Part shown: positions 13,658-23,300 of the stretch, piece after piece
Position numbering within the stretch: position 1 is the stretch's first letter
How the letters are laid out: each line of letters starts with the position of its first letter
DNA from: a virus
Strand: one strand, 5' to 3'
DNA: 26,992 nt
Virus record (IMG/VR): IMGVR_UViG_3300014822_000040
Coordinates: 1 to 26,992 of that record
Position numbers and translations under genes: made by a program
Notes under the pieces: model-generated
Seen by the model: only the letters and a program-made list of their open reading frames with translations
The model's database searches: none
What the model was told of the DNA's origin: nothing

Positions 13658-15750
13658 TGAAGGTCGCTGCCTCCCAGAGGTTCTCCCCCCTCGGGGGGTT
13701 GGACGAGAGAGCCGCCCACAGCCCCTCTGCCTTCGAGGTGTTGGAGAACGTGACCATCGACCCTGCTACGAAGGGTTGGTCTACCAAGCTGGGCTTCGAG
13801 AAGTTCTTTCCCGGCTCCACCCTCTATGCGCCGTTCAACTCGGACACGCGCATCCTGTCGATGTACGAGTGGAGCACTCACGGGGGGAAGGTCCGCTTCC
13901 TGTTGTACGAGGTGGACACTGGCAACGGCGCAGAGCTTCGGTACGTCAAAGGCAACCCTGGAGCGACGGAGACGTTGCAGACCGGGAGACACGTCCCTAC
14001 TCCGACCGAGGCTGGAACACAGTACATCCCCTTTGGTCGCTTCCTGATCATCGTCAACGGCCACGACCGGCCCAAGAAGTTCGACGGTCAGCGCTTGACA
14101 GACCTGGGGTGGTCCACAGTTCCCAGCGCCCCGCGCCCGTGGGGAGTAGACACGGATAACTCGAAGGGGCCTGACGAGCAGAACTTCGCTGTGACCTTCG
14201 GGTCGGACGGGCTGGGGCTGGGGTTCGCGAAGGGGGGCTCCGTCAACCGATACCGCTGGAAGGTGGCCTTCATCAGCGAGACCGGTAGCGTAAGCCCCAT
14301 CTCTGCGGCCACCGCGAACCTCAAGTGGACGACGGAACCCTCTTCCACCGGAGGGTTCTACGAGCAGAGGCGGCAGTGTGTCTACCTGGAGAACATGCCT
14401 ACGGGACCTGACGGGACGGTAGGGAGGATCCTCTACAGGACCAAGAACCTCGGGGACACGGACGATCTGAGCGAGGAGCTGTTCTACTACGAGCAGACCA
14501 TCTGGAACAACAACGAAAAGAGCGCAGTGAGCTGGGTACCGGACTCCAGGCTGGGGGCACTCGCCCCGGACGACGGGGACTCCGTGCCCCTGCCTACCCG
14601 TCAGCCATCGGGTGGCGTCGTCCACATGCAGACGCTCTTCCTGATTGGCGGCCCCTCCGATCCTACCAGCCTGTACTACTCCTCCCCCCTGCACCCTGAC
14701 GCCTTCCCCGCCCTCAACGTCTTTCAGGTGGGCCACCGGCGGGGTGGGGACATCAAGGCCGTGGTGCCCTACTACAACAACGTCCTGGTCTTCCGAGAGC
14801 ACAGCATCGAGGTCGTGAGAGGAGACCCCCAGTCAGGGTTCCGCATCACGCCCTTCGAGGAAGGGATTGGGTGCTCAAGCCCCTCCGCGATCGTCACGGT
14901 TCCGGGGGTCGGCGTAGTGTTTCCCGCTTCATCCGGGGGCATCTACGCCGTCTCCGGGGGCTTCGACGGTGGAGCAAGCCTGGTCACCCGGCGCATTTCT
15001 GATCCGATTCTGAGGAGCGTCAGAAGGTGGAGCCTCGGGGCGATGGCGAGGGCCACCGCGACGTACTCGGAGAAGTGGAGGGAGTATCATCTGTATGTCC
15101 CGGCCGATGGTTCGGAGATCCCCAGCCTCGGGCACGTCCTTCACCTGGATGCCCCGGGAGGACCTGCGTGGTCTACACGGGTGGGCTGGCCTGTATCTGT
15201 CTGCCTGACGGATCACCAGGGGGACATTCTCTTCGGTCACTCTGTAGGCAACGACGGCAGCGGTAACTTCGCTGCCGGGATCTTCGTCATCAGCAGGAAG
15301 AGGGTAGGAGGCTGGGGGTCATCAGGGGCCAACGCTGTCGAGGGTGACCCCCCCACCTCGCGGTTCCGTACCGTGTTCAACGACTTCGGAGACCCCATCC
15401 GACACAAGACGGTGAAGTACCTGTACCTGGAGTGTCTCGCGCTGGGGTCCACATCCGTCCAGGTCAGCACCCACGTCGGCGAGTCTTCTTCGGCTGCGAC
15501 GACCAGCAAGACCGTGAAGCTACAGAGGCCTGAGTTTCCCGACGAACACGTCCTCGGCACCACGGCAGTCTATGGCACTACGAGGTGGAAGCGTACTCCG
15601 GTTATGCACCTCGGCTTCGACATCCCGGATAACGGGGCTACTGTATGGGCCTGGTCCTTGGAGACCGACAAGGACTTCGTGCTGATGGGCTACACAGTAG
15701 AGCTGCAGGTCAGCGACCAGCGTAGAAGGTCTGGGAGGGGTACGGCATGA
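13657..15750 (+). CDS. Tail nozzle, T7 gp12 (tail tubular protein B)-like (697 aa)
   Basis: The N-terminal FSPLGGLDERAAHSPSAFEVLENVTIDPATKGWSTKLGF resembles the gp12 N-terminus (NLKGGISQQPD...QVNGWSSETEGL). The size, the beta-rich repetitive character and the position all fit. Confidence 0.6.
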   Translation: MKVAASQRFSPLGGLDERAAHSPSAFEVLENVTIDPATKGWSTKLGFEKFFPGSTLYAPFNSDTRILSMYEWSTHGGKVRFLLYEVDTGNGAELRYVKGNPGATETLQTGRHVPTPTEAGTQYIPFGRFLIIVNGHDRPKKFDGQRLTDLGWSTVPSAPRPWGVDTDNSKGPDEQNFAVTFGSDGLGLGFAKGGSVNRYRWKVAFISETGSVSPISAATANLKWTTEPSSTGGFYEQRRQCVYLENMPTGPDGTVGRILYRTKNLGDTDDLSEELFYYEQTIWNNNEKSAVSWVPDSRLGALAPDDGDSVPLPTRQPSGGVVHMQTLFLIGGPSDPTSLYYSSPLHPDAFPALNVFQVGHRRGGDIKAVVPYYNNVLVFREHSIEVVRGDPQSGFRITPFEEGIGCSSPSAIVTVPGVGVVFPASSGGIYAVSGGFDGGASLVTRRISDPILRSVRRWSLGAMARATATYSEKWREYHLYVPADGSEIPSLGHVLHLDAPGGPAWSTRVGWPVSVCLTDHQGDILFGHSVGNDGSGNFAAGIFVISRKRVGGWGSSGANAVEGDPPTSRFRTVFNDFGDPIRHKTVKYLYLECLALGSTSVQVSTHVGESSSAATTSKTVKLQRPEFPDEHVLGTTAVYGTTRWKRTPVMHLGFDIPDNGATVWAWSLETDKDFVLMGYTVELQVSDQRRRSGRGTA

Positions 15751-16361
15751 GCTTTGTACGACAGGAGGGGCAGCACCGCGTTGCGATGACCCCACAGTAT
15801 GACGAGTTCAACAACCAGTTCAACGCGATGGTTCAGACCCTCAATGGGTCTCTTGACCGGGAGAACCTCCCTACTTCCTGTATCGGCCGTGGGGAGCTGG
15901 CTACCCGGGCTGCATGGAGGGGGTCCATCACCGATGGTCTTATGCTGGACTCCAGCTACTACGACTCGCTTACCTCAGGGTACGAGGGTGTAGACTACGA
16001 TCTCTACCACGGCGGCTGGGTTACGCACAGCACGGCCCCCTCCATGGCCTGCAAGGAGGGGATGCTTCATGTGGAGTTCAACTGCTGGGCGTGGCACGAG
16101 TCCTCTTCCGTAGTTGGGTCGGCGGACATGTACTTCAGGTTCCAGCTCGTGATCCCCGGCCTGGGAGTCATTGCGCAGTCGGACAAGATCTACACGCACA
16201 TGACCTCTGTCTTCCTGGTCTCGGACATCCCTGTCACCCAGGGGTCTCACTCCGTCCAGATCCAGTGGCTCTGCCCGTCCCCGGACTCCGGTGCTTCCCT
16301 GACACAGAGGTTCTTCTGGTGGGAGGGGGGTAGCCTGCTGATGATAAACAGGTACAGGTAG
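15747..16361 (+). CDS. Tail-associated beta-sandwich protein, paralog-like set member 1 (204 aa)
   Basis: It has an ATGA overlap with the nozzle gene. It carries the N-terminal fibre-type motif FNNQFNAMVQTLNGSLDRENL, followed by a beta-rich, Trp/Tyr-rich body. Confidence 0.6.
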   Translation: MSFVRQEGQHRVAMTPQYDEFNNQFNAMVQTLNGSLDRENLPTSCIGRGELATRAAWRGSITDGLMLDSSYYDSLTSGYEGVDYDLYHGGWVTHSTAPSMACKEGMLHVEFNCWAWHESSSVVGSADMYFRFQLVIPGLGVIAQSDKIYTHMTSVFLVSDIPVTQGSHSVQIQWLCPSPDSGASLTQRFFWWEGGSLLMINRYR

Positions 16362-16364
16362 CCC

Positions 16365-17180
16365 ATGTCTCGTATCGACCCTACGACGTATACCCCAGCG
16401 GAGGAGAGCCTCATCTCCGCTACCGGTCTCACCTCGAAGTTCTCCGAGGTGGAAGTCGCTACCGCTGCCCTCGACGACGAGAACGTATCCGCCGAGGGGA
16501 TCGACGCGCGGAACCTGGACAGCCCGTTCGTCCTCTCCGCACTGAGGATGAACAACAACGCGGATGGCAGCCCTCACACCTACAGCTCCGTAGACGCAGC
16601 GCAGAGCTACGAGCTGACGCACGGCAACGGGATGGACTTCGCCTTCCCAGGGGGCTTGTCCCTGGAATCCGGGGACATCCTGCGCCTCCACTACCAGGTC
16701 TACATGGCGAGCCACAACGAGGCCCTGATCAATAACGCGGGGGCTCGGACCTTGTTCGTGGTCTACCCCATGTGGGACTTGACCAGCACCTCGCTGGTCA
16801 ACATGGAAGTGCTCCCGGAGCACACCGACATTCACTCATCGAGCAGCGTGCCCCTCAACACGCCCTACCAGCTTGAGGACTTTGACTCCTCCGGCGCCTA
16901 CAAGACCCACGGGTACGCTGTCTACCCTACCTACGGGTATCTCAGCGGCTCCCTCATCGAGACGCGCAGAGCACCCCACGGCGTCTGGAACTACAGGGTC
17001 CCCAGCGCCCTCACGCTGTACGGGTTCCGATTCTACTTCAGGGGTCCCTTCCTCTACCAGCACTACAGCAGCGGAGGAAGCGATTTCCGGGCATGGGTGT
17101 ATGCGACGAGCTATGCCATGAACGTGACCTTCGAGCGGGGTCAGGCCAGCTTCCTTGCTCTGAGAGGAGGTGCTACTTGA
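16365..17180 (+). CDS. Tail-associated beta-sandwich protein, set member 2 (271 aa)
   Basis: It starts 3 nt after the previous gene. The N-terminal segment is LTSKFSEVEVATAALDDENVSAEGIDARNL, and the body is beta-rich. Confidence 0.6.
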   Translation: MSRIDPTTYTPAEESLISATGLTSKFSEVEVATAALDDENVSAEGIDARNLDSPFVLSALRMNNNADGSPHTYSSVDAAQSYELTHGNGMDFAFPGGLSLESGDILRLHYQVYMASHNEALINNAGARTLFVVYPMWDLTSTSLVNMEVLPEHTDIHSSSSVPLNTPYQLEDFDSSGAYKTHGYAVYPTYGYLSGSLIETRRAPHGVWNYRVPSALTLYGFRFYFRGPFLYQHYSSGGSDFRAWVYATSYAMNVTFERGQASFLALRGGAT

Positions 17181-17818
17181 GCTACACGAACCCGAGCACC
17201 TTCACGTCCGGGGCCACGATCAACCCCGCTGATCTGCAGAACGCTCTGGACGAGCTGCAGAAGTACATCAATGGGGGCATCTCCGCAACGGACTTCTCCG
17301 AGACAGGCTGGGCAGAGGCCCGGCACATCGTCCGGGGGGTCTATGAAGCGCTCCCCCAGAGACATCGCTTCGTCACCGGGATGGTCGGGGGGCGCATCTT
17401 CACCGTGGACATGGAGCAGTTCTCTCTGCTGGGCAACGGCCCCACAAACAGGGCAGGAGGGGCTACCAAGACCCTCAAGGCTTGGCCGAACACCGGGTAC
17501 GACTTCTACCTCGCGCAGGAGTCATCTGTCCTGATCAGCTTCACAGCTTGCCCTATCGCAGTACCTGACGGGGGGGTCGCCGCAGCATCTAACCTTGCGT
17601 CTTGCACACTGTTCCTCGACGGGTCCCGCCTTCCCTATACCCGGCTGCTGACTCAGGCCGATGAAATCCCGGAGAGGGATAGGCACACCTGGAGCAGCTA
17701 CCACCTGGAGCTCGCGCTGTCAGAGGGCTGGCACAGTATCAGCCCGAGAGGGTACGCTGATGGGGCGATGAACTTCCTCACGGCATGGGGAATCTCTGTA
17801 GAAGCCTGGAGTGTATGA
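17177..17818 (+). CDS. Tail-associated beta-sandwich protein, set member 3 (213 aa), probable TTG start
   Basis: GAGAGGAGG at 17162-17170 lies 6 nt before TTG 17177, which overlaps the upstream TGA (cTTGA). The resulting N-terminus (M)SYTNPSTFTSGATINPADLQNALDELQKYINGGIS parallels members 1 and 2. The track start at 17093 adds a Cys/Arg-rich overlap. Confidence 0.55.
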   Translation: MSYTNPSTFTSGATINPADLQNALDELQKYINGGISATDFSETGWAEARHIVRGVYEALPQRHRFVTGMVGGRIFTVDMEQFSLLGNGPTNRAGGATKTLKAWPNTGYDFYLAQESSVLISFTACPIAVPDGGVAAASNLASCTLFLDGSRLPYTRLLTQADEIPERDRHTWSSYHLELALSEGWHSISPRGYADGAMNFLTAWGISVEAWSV

Positions 17819-18501
17819 TGGCATCGAAGAAGACCACCTCTGCCTTGCAGGGCGCTACCCTCGGGGGGACCGTCGGGTCTGCCTTCGGTCCCGTTGGCAC
17901 CATTGTTGGAGGTGGGCTCGGGGCCGGAATCGGGCTGATCTTCGGGGACAGAACCTCTGAGACCGAGAAGCTGCGGAAGGAGCAGCTCGAAGAGCTACTC
18001 CGTAGGCAGGAGGAGGGAGCCCTCGGCCTAACGGACGAGGAGCGGAGGATGATGGAGGCGAGCCTTGTGGACCCCATTCTTGCCGCTCGCAGGGAGCAGC
18101 AGCAGGCCAACATGGCTGCCCTCGCTACCCAGGACCTGGGGGCAGGGATGGCCTACAGGCAGCAGCAGGGGGATGTTCAGAGAGCAGCGCAGGATACTCA
18201 GGCCGCAAGGGCCGCGATCGAGAAGGCCCACCTGGATGAGCAACGGAGAGAGGAGAGGCAGATCCAGGACATGCTCAAGGACCAGCAGGCCCGTGAGGAC
18301 CAGCAGCGAGCTGCTCAGCTCGAAGCCGCGACTTCCCTGGCCGGAACCCTGGCCGCTGCCGGGTCTGATCTCATGACCCAGGCCGAGCAGCAGCAGATTC
18401 AGGAAGACCTCCTCAACGCCTCCGGGCTGGGAGACTTCCCCGATGCAGACTTCGACGAGCTGAACGAGCTGTTCGGCTTCGAGGCCCTTGGGGTCGTATA
18501 G
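17815..18501 (+). CDS. Internal virion / ejection protein candidate (gp14-like by position), N-terminal glycine-zipper TM plus Gln/Glu-rich coiled coil (228 aa)
   Basis: ATGATG at 17815-17820 overlaps the upstream stop, so the start is 17815 or 17818. The TM segment is GATLGGTVGSAFGPVGTIVGGGLGAGIGLIFG, followed by a long helical, charged, Gln-rich region. Confidence 0.55.
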   Translation: MMASKKTTSALQGATLGGTVGSAFGPVGTIVGGGLGAGIGLIFGDRTSETEKLRKEQLEELLRRQEEGALGLTDEERRMMEASLVDPILAARREQQQANMAALATQDLGAGMAYRQQQGDVQRAAQDTQAARAAIEKAHLDEQRREERQIQDMLKDQQAREDQQRAAQLEAATSLAGTLAAAGSDLMTQAEQQQIQEDLLNASGLGDFPDADFDELNELFGFEALGVV

Positions 18502-18509
18502 GAGCGATC

Positions 18510-20321
18510 ATGCCCACTCGCGGAGAGACCTACTACAGCGCCTTCCTGGAGAGGCAGCAGGCCAAGATCGACCGGGCTCTGGCCCAGGCCGAGCAGGATC
18601 TTCTGCTGGAACAGCGGACGGAGACGCAGCACAGGAAGGTTCTTCTCGATCTGATCAAAGACCTGGATGATCAGATCACCGCGCTGGAGAAGCTGAACCA
18701 GGGCGACGACCGAAGCTTCGACAACTACATCAAGGCCGCAACCGCGCTGGACCGCAGCGAGAGGGGGCGGGAGAGGACCGCTGCAGAGTTCGGGACGGCT
18801 GAGGGGGCCCCACCCGTGCAGCTCCCGGGTCCTGTCGTTGCCAAGATCGAAGCTGTGATGACGAAGTACAACTCCGCGCGCAGCAAGTACCAGCCCGGGG
18901 CCGTCTCCGGGGTGATGGTGGGGCGGGGTTCTCCGGGCTCCGCGCTCGCGGCTGAGCTGGACAACCACCCCACGCGTATTCGGGAGCTGGCGGCCGCAGA
19001 GCTGATGAGAAGGATGCAGAACGCGAGCGGCGGCAACCTTGTCCCCTCCGCGCTGGACCCAAGGACCACCTCTCTCTACGTCGATGCGGTCAAGACGATC
19101 GCTGCCGCGCTGCATGTGGACCCGATGCGCGTGGACCCGGCGAACCTGGAAGAAGCAGCCGCTCAGGCCGCCCAGGTCGCTCCTGCCGCCCCCTCGACGC
19201 GAGAGGGTAGGGAGGCCTTGAGGAAGGGCCTCGCGCGAGCTGAGGAGGACCTGGGAGGTACCGGCCTTACGGAAGAGGAGAAGCTCCTTGCGAGCTACCT
19301 CTCCAACGACGGGGTCATTTCGGAGGAGGAGTACAAGGACTTCGCCCGCCGTACCCTGACGAGCCCCATCACCCAGGAGCAGCTACTGGAAGCTCAGAAG
19401 AAGTATGGTCTGAAGTCTCTCGCGGACGCATCCAGGAAGCTCACCCAGGAGAGGCAGGCCAAGGCCAGGGAGCAGCTCAACACGCTGATGCAGGAGAGCG
19501 TGGACAATCTCTTCATCCGTAGAGCAGCGGAGCAGGGTTCCCTTCGGACTCGGAGGGACGAAGCCCTCAAGGCTCTGAGCCAGACCGGAAGGGGGGAGGC
19601 CCCTACTCGCGCAGAGAGGGCGGGGAAGTTACTCGCTGAGAACAGAGCACTGAGGCCGGGAGAGGTGCTGCGAGGGGGCGCTCGCCGTATTGCGGAGAGG
19701 GGCCGGGCCATGGCCCATGGGCGCCCCCCGGAGACGGCCGCTGAGAGGAGTGCTCGGATAGCTAAGAGCATGACTTCTGGACAGAAGCGGCTGATGAGGG
19801 CAGGGGTCCAGGCGCAGAAGATGCTCAAGGAGCACAAGGGCATCCCTGACCCGGTCGATCCCCTCATGGAGTTCCAGGCGGACTTCCTCTTTCGGGCTAT
19901 GCAGTCCGGGTCCACGCCACCTCGGGACATCCTCAGCGTGGCGGATGAGGTTGCCAAGAAGGAAGGAGCCCGCCCCGAGGACCAGGCTGTGTACACGGAG
20001 CAGGTTCTGACCCGGGCTCTCGCCAAGCAGCTTGAAGCTCTCCGCGCGAAGAAGCCCGTTCACGAGGTTGTGACGCCAGGACCGGAAGGCACCGTCCGAG
20101 GGGAGGGAGCGGAGATCGAGAAGGTCCTCCCCGAGAAGGACGCCGAGGACATGGGCAAGAGCTACGAGGAGCTGATCGAGGAAGGCAAGGACATCCTGGA
20201 CACGGCCCTGGAGGAGCAGAAGGAGAAGGAGGGGGAGCTTGGAGTGACCCATGAGGAGCCCTCCTCTCCGTGGGCGGTTAGCCACAAGAAGCGGAAGCGA
20301 CTCTTCCCCTGGCGGAGGTAG
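18510..20321 (+). CDS. Internal virion / ejection protein candidate (gp15-like by position), highly charged and helical (603 aa)
   Basis: AGGAG lies upstream of the ATG. Its size and place between the gp14-like and giant proteins fit. I saw no enzymatic motif. Confidence 0.5.
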   Translation: MPTRGETYYSAFLERQQAKIDRALAQAEQDLLLEQRTETQHRKVLLDLIKDLDDQITALEKLNQGDDRSFDNYIKAATALDRSERGRERTAAEFGTAEGAPPVQLPGPVVAKIEAVMTKYNSARSKYQPGAVSGVMVGRGSPGSALAAELDNHPTRIRELAAAELMRRMQNASGGNLVPSALDPRTTSLYVDAVKTIAAALHVDPMRVDPANLEEAAAQAAQVAPAAPSTREGREALRKGLARAEEDLGGTGLTEEEKLLASYLSNDGVISEEEYKDFARRTLTSPITQEQLLEAQKKYGLKSLADASRKLTQERQAKAREQLNTLMQESVDNLFIRRAAEQGSLRTRRDEALKALSQTGRGEAPTRAERAGKLLAENRALRPGEVLRGGARRIAERGRAMAHGRPPETAAERSARIAKSMTSGQKRLMRAGVQAQKMLKEHKGIPDPVDPLMEFQADFLFRAMQSGSTPPRDILSVADEVAKKEGARPEDQAVYTEQVLTRALAKQLEALRAKKPVHEVVTPGPEGTVRGEGAEIEKVLPEKDAEDMGKSYEELIEEGKDILDTALEEQKEKEGELGVTHEEPSSPWAVSHKKRKRLFPWRR

Positions 20322-20323
20322 GT

Positions 20324-23300
20324 ATGCCCAACCCCGACGGTACTCTGACTTGGGAAGAGCGCAAGGCGCTCCTCCAGGGGCTCGACCTGACAGAGCCCAC
20401 GGAGGAAGAGAAGCAGACTGCGGGCGGCGGTCCGGCCCTCTACGACCCTGCCGACGAAGTGGAGCCCGCTGCTGACGCGACGAAGACCGCACTCTACGAG
20501 GGGAAGCAGTCCGCTGGAGTCCCGTATAGAGACGCCCAGCTACAGGCCGCGCAGGAAGTACAGGAGATCATCTCTGCTCCCAGACCTGTCCAGTCCTTCG
20601 ACATCAACAGGATGGAGGGGGCATCCCGGCGCGGCGCGGTCGAGGAGAAGGAATCCGGAGTGGGGGCGATCCTCGAAGCCCTCAAGCCCCAGGTGATCTC
20701 CGAAGCTCCCGAGAAGGCGGAGACCCCGGACCGTGTGACCGACCTGCGTACCTCTGTCATGGCGGCGGCACAGAAGGCGGTGCCCATCGGCACTCCTGAT
20801 AGGCCTTCCGCTGTCAAGGCGGAGCTGCTCTCGCAGATCGAGAAGGCCAGGCAGGAGCAGATCTCGCGCCTCATGACCCCTGGCGAAGACCAGGTTCCCC
20901 TCATTGAGAAGATCTACGCAGAAAACGTCGGGGCACTTCCCGCCGACCCGCTTGAGCGAAGGAAGGAGCTGAACAACATGATGGAGGCCATCGTAGGGGG
21001 CACCCTGCGAGCCGCCTTCCCCACCATAGACATCGCCCAAGCTCAGCTTTCCGAGGACACCCCCATCTCCGTCCGTGCGGTTCAGGCTGCCCTCTCGTCC
21101 GAAGGGGAAGCGGGAGAAACCGTAGAGACCCCTATCGCCGCTGCGATGAGGGACCTTGGCGGAATCGCCCGTATCGCTGTTGACCCTGTGTGGAAGGGCC
21201 TGACCTACGAAGTGGATGAGCAGGGCAACCCTGTGGACCCGGAGGACATCAACTACAAGCTGGCCCAGGCCCAGGACCGATTCCTGCGAGGTAAGTCCAA
21301 AGGCGCAGCGGACTACCTTGCGGGGGCTGTGGGAGCTCGGTTCCCTGCCTTCACGCTGGCTAAGCAGTCCTCCAGACCCTCACAGGGCGTACTGGCCAAG
21401 GACATCGCTCTCTCGATTGCCAGGGGGCAGAGCCTCGGTGACGACCTGATGGAGCTCCCCGCCATGACCATGCTGGCAGAGCAGGCGGGGTACCCCGAGG
21501 CTCCGTTCTGGATAGGCATGGCAGGGGAGATGCTCCTCCCGGCGGTCCCCGGCCTGGGTACAGCAACGAAGACCGCGAGCCGGGCAGCGAACAAGCTCAA
21601 GCTCTCCAAGGTCATGGAAGATTTGAGCGAGGAAGCAGTCACCAGGGCCGTGGCGTCAGGAGGGAGAGTGGACCCCTCTACGCCTCTCGGCCGCATTGTA
21701 GGCGAGACCAGCAAGCAGCTTCGTCTTCTGCAGAGCAAGGAACTGTACCACAACGTGGACAACGTCAAGTCCTGGCTCCGGACTGCGTCCGGGCAGGAGC
21801 TAATCGGTCCCTTGATCAAGAAGGCGGCGAGCCTGGCTGAGGTAGAGGGGCTCACCTCCCTTGCCAAGACGCTGAGAGAGGCGAGGACCGAAGACGAGCT
21901 GACTGACGCCCTCATCGCGATGTCGAAGGAGCCTTTCTACATAGACGCGGTTGACGCTACTCTGCTCCAGTCCGCAATCAAGAGAGCAAGGGAGGAGGCC
22001 GCTAACGCAGCACCTCAAGACCTGATCTTCATCACGCCGACCACCGTCGTCCGCGAGAGCGCATGGGACGAGGTGGGGGACGAGGTCATGTCGGCAGCGT
22101 CCGACATCCTCAAGGTAAGCGATACCGGGCAGGGCAAGTCCTTCAAGCTGGAGAACCCTGCCCAGGTGAAAGAGGTGCTGGACCTGACACTGGGTCCCGC
22201 CAAGATAGCGCAGTCTCCCTTCTGGACGGAGGTCTCCCGGGCTCTGGAAGAGGGAAGGCCCCTGAACATCAAGCAGTACAGGTCTGTCCACGAGGAGGTG
22301 CTGGGAGCTCTCACCCGTCAGGCGACCCGGGACTCCGCGAAGCTCCGTTATACCGCTGAGGCATACAGGGCGGCGTCGGTTCCAGTGGCCCGAAGGAGCC
22401 CTGTAGGGAGGACCCTCAAGGTCTCAGCCGACCTCCTCTCCGATACTGCCTTAGGGAAAGGGGTTAGCAAGGTCCTGAAGAAGCTGGGCAAGAAGCGAGT
22501 CACCGGCTTTGAGCCGGACCCACGGGCACCCCTCCCTGTCAGGAGATGGGCAGAGGACATGAGGAACAGGCTGCTCCGGCTGGACGACGAGCTGAAGGCT
22601 GAGATCGCTGGCGCGAAAAACAGGCCTGAGAAGTTCAAGGAGATGCTCCTTGAGGAGCAGCGGCTGCAGACGGAAGCTGACATCGCCTCTGGGAGGTTCG
22701 CGCCCGAGCGCGCTCTGGAAGAGGTCGTCAGTATCTTCTTCTCTGGGGTCAAGGTCTCCGACAGGGAAATGCAGAGGGCACTTCCCATGCTCCCCCTCTC
22801 CCCCGAGGTCGTGGGCACCAGCCCCTCGGCATGGGCCGTGACCCCTACAAACGTAGCTCATGTGATCGAGACCTTGAGGGGGGCAAACAAGTCGCTCAGG
22901 GGGAAGGGCCTCGGGGGGCAGCTATCCGGGGACGACTTGTTCGCAGCAATGACGACCTGGCTGCTGCAGAGCAGGGCGAAGAGGGAGATCTCCAAGGCAG
23001 CCCGGGAACTGGAGAGCATGTACCCTGAGCTGACTGCCAGGATGACGCCGAAGGAGCTGGCAGCGTTCAGACACGCCTTGGACCACGTAGCCACTTCCGG
23101 CTACTACTTCGCATCGGGGTCCGTCCTTCTGGGGTACTCCGATTTCAGGGCTACACAGAAGGCCCTTGGGTTCGCTGAGAGCCTCGGCCTTACCGACTGG
23201 CCCCGTATTCCAGGCGAGTTCTACCCTACCAAGTTCTCTGCCCACCCTGAGCTGATCCACATCGCTGACAATATCCGGGTCACTGCGGACCCGGAGCTGC

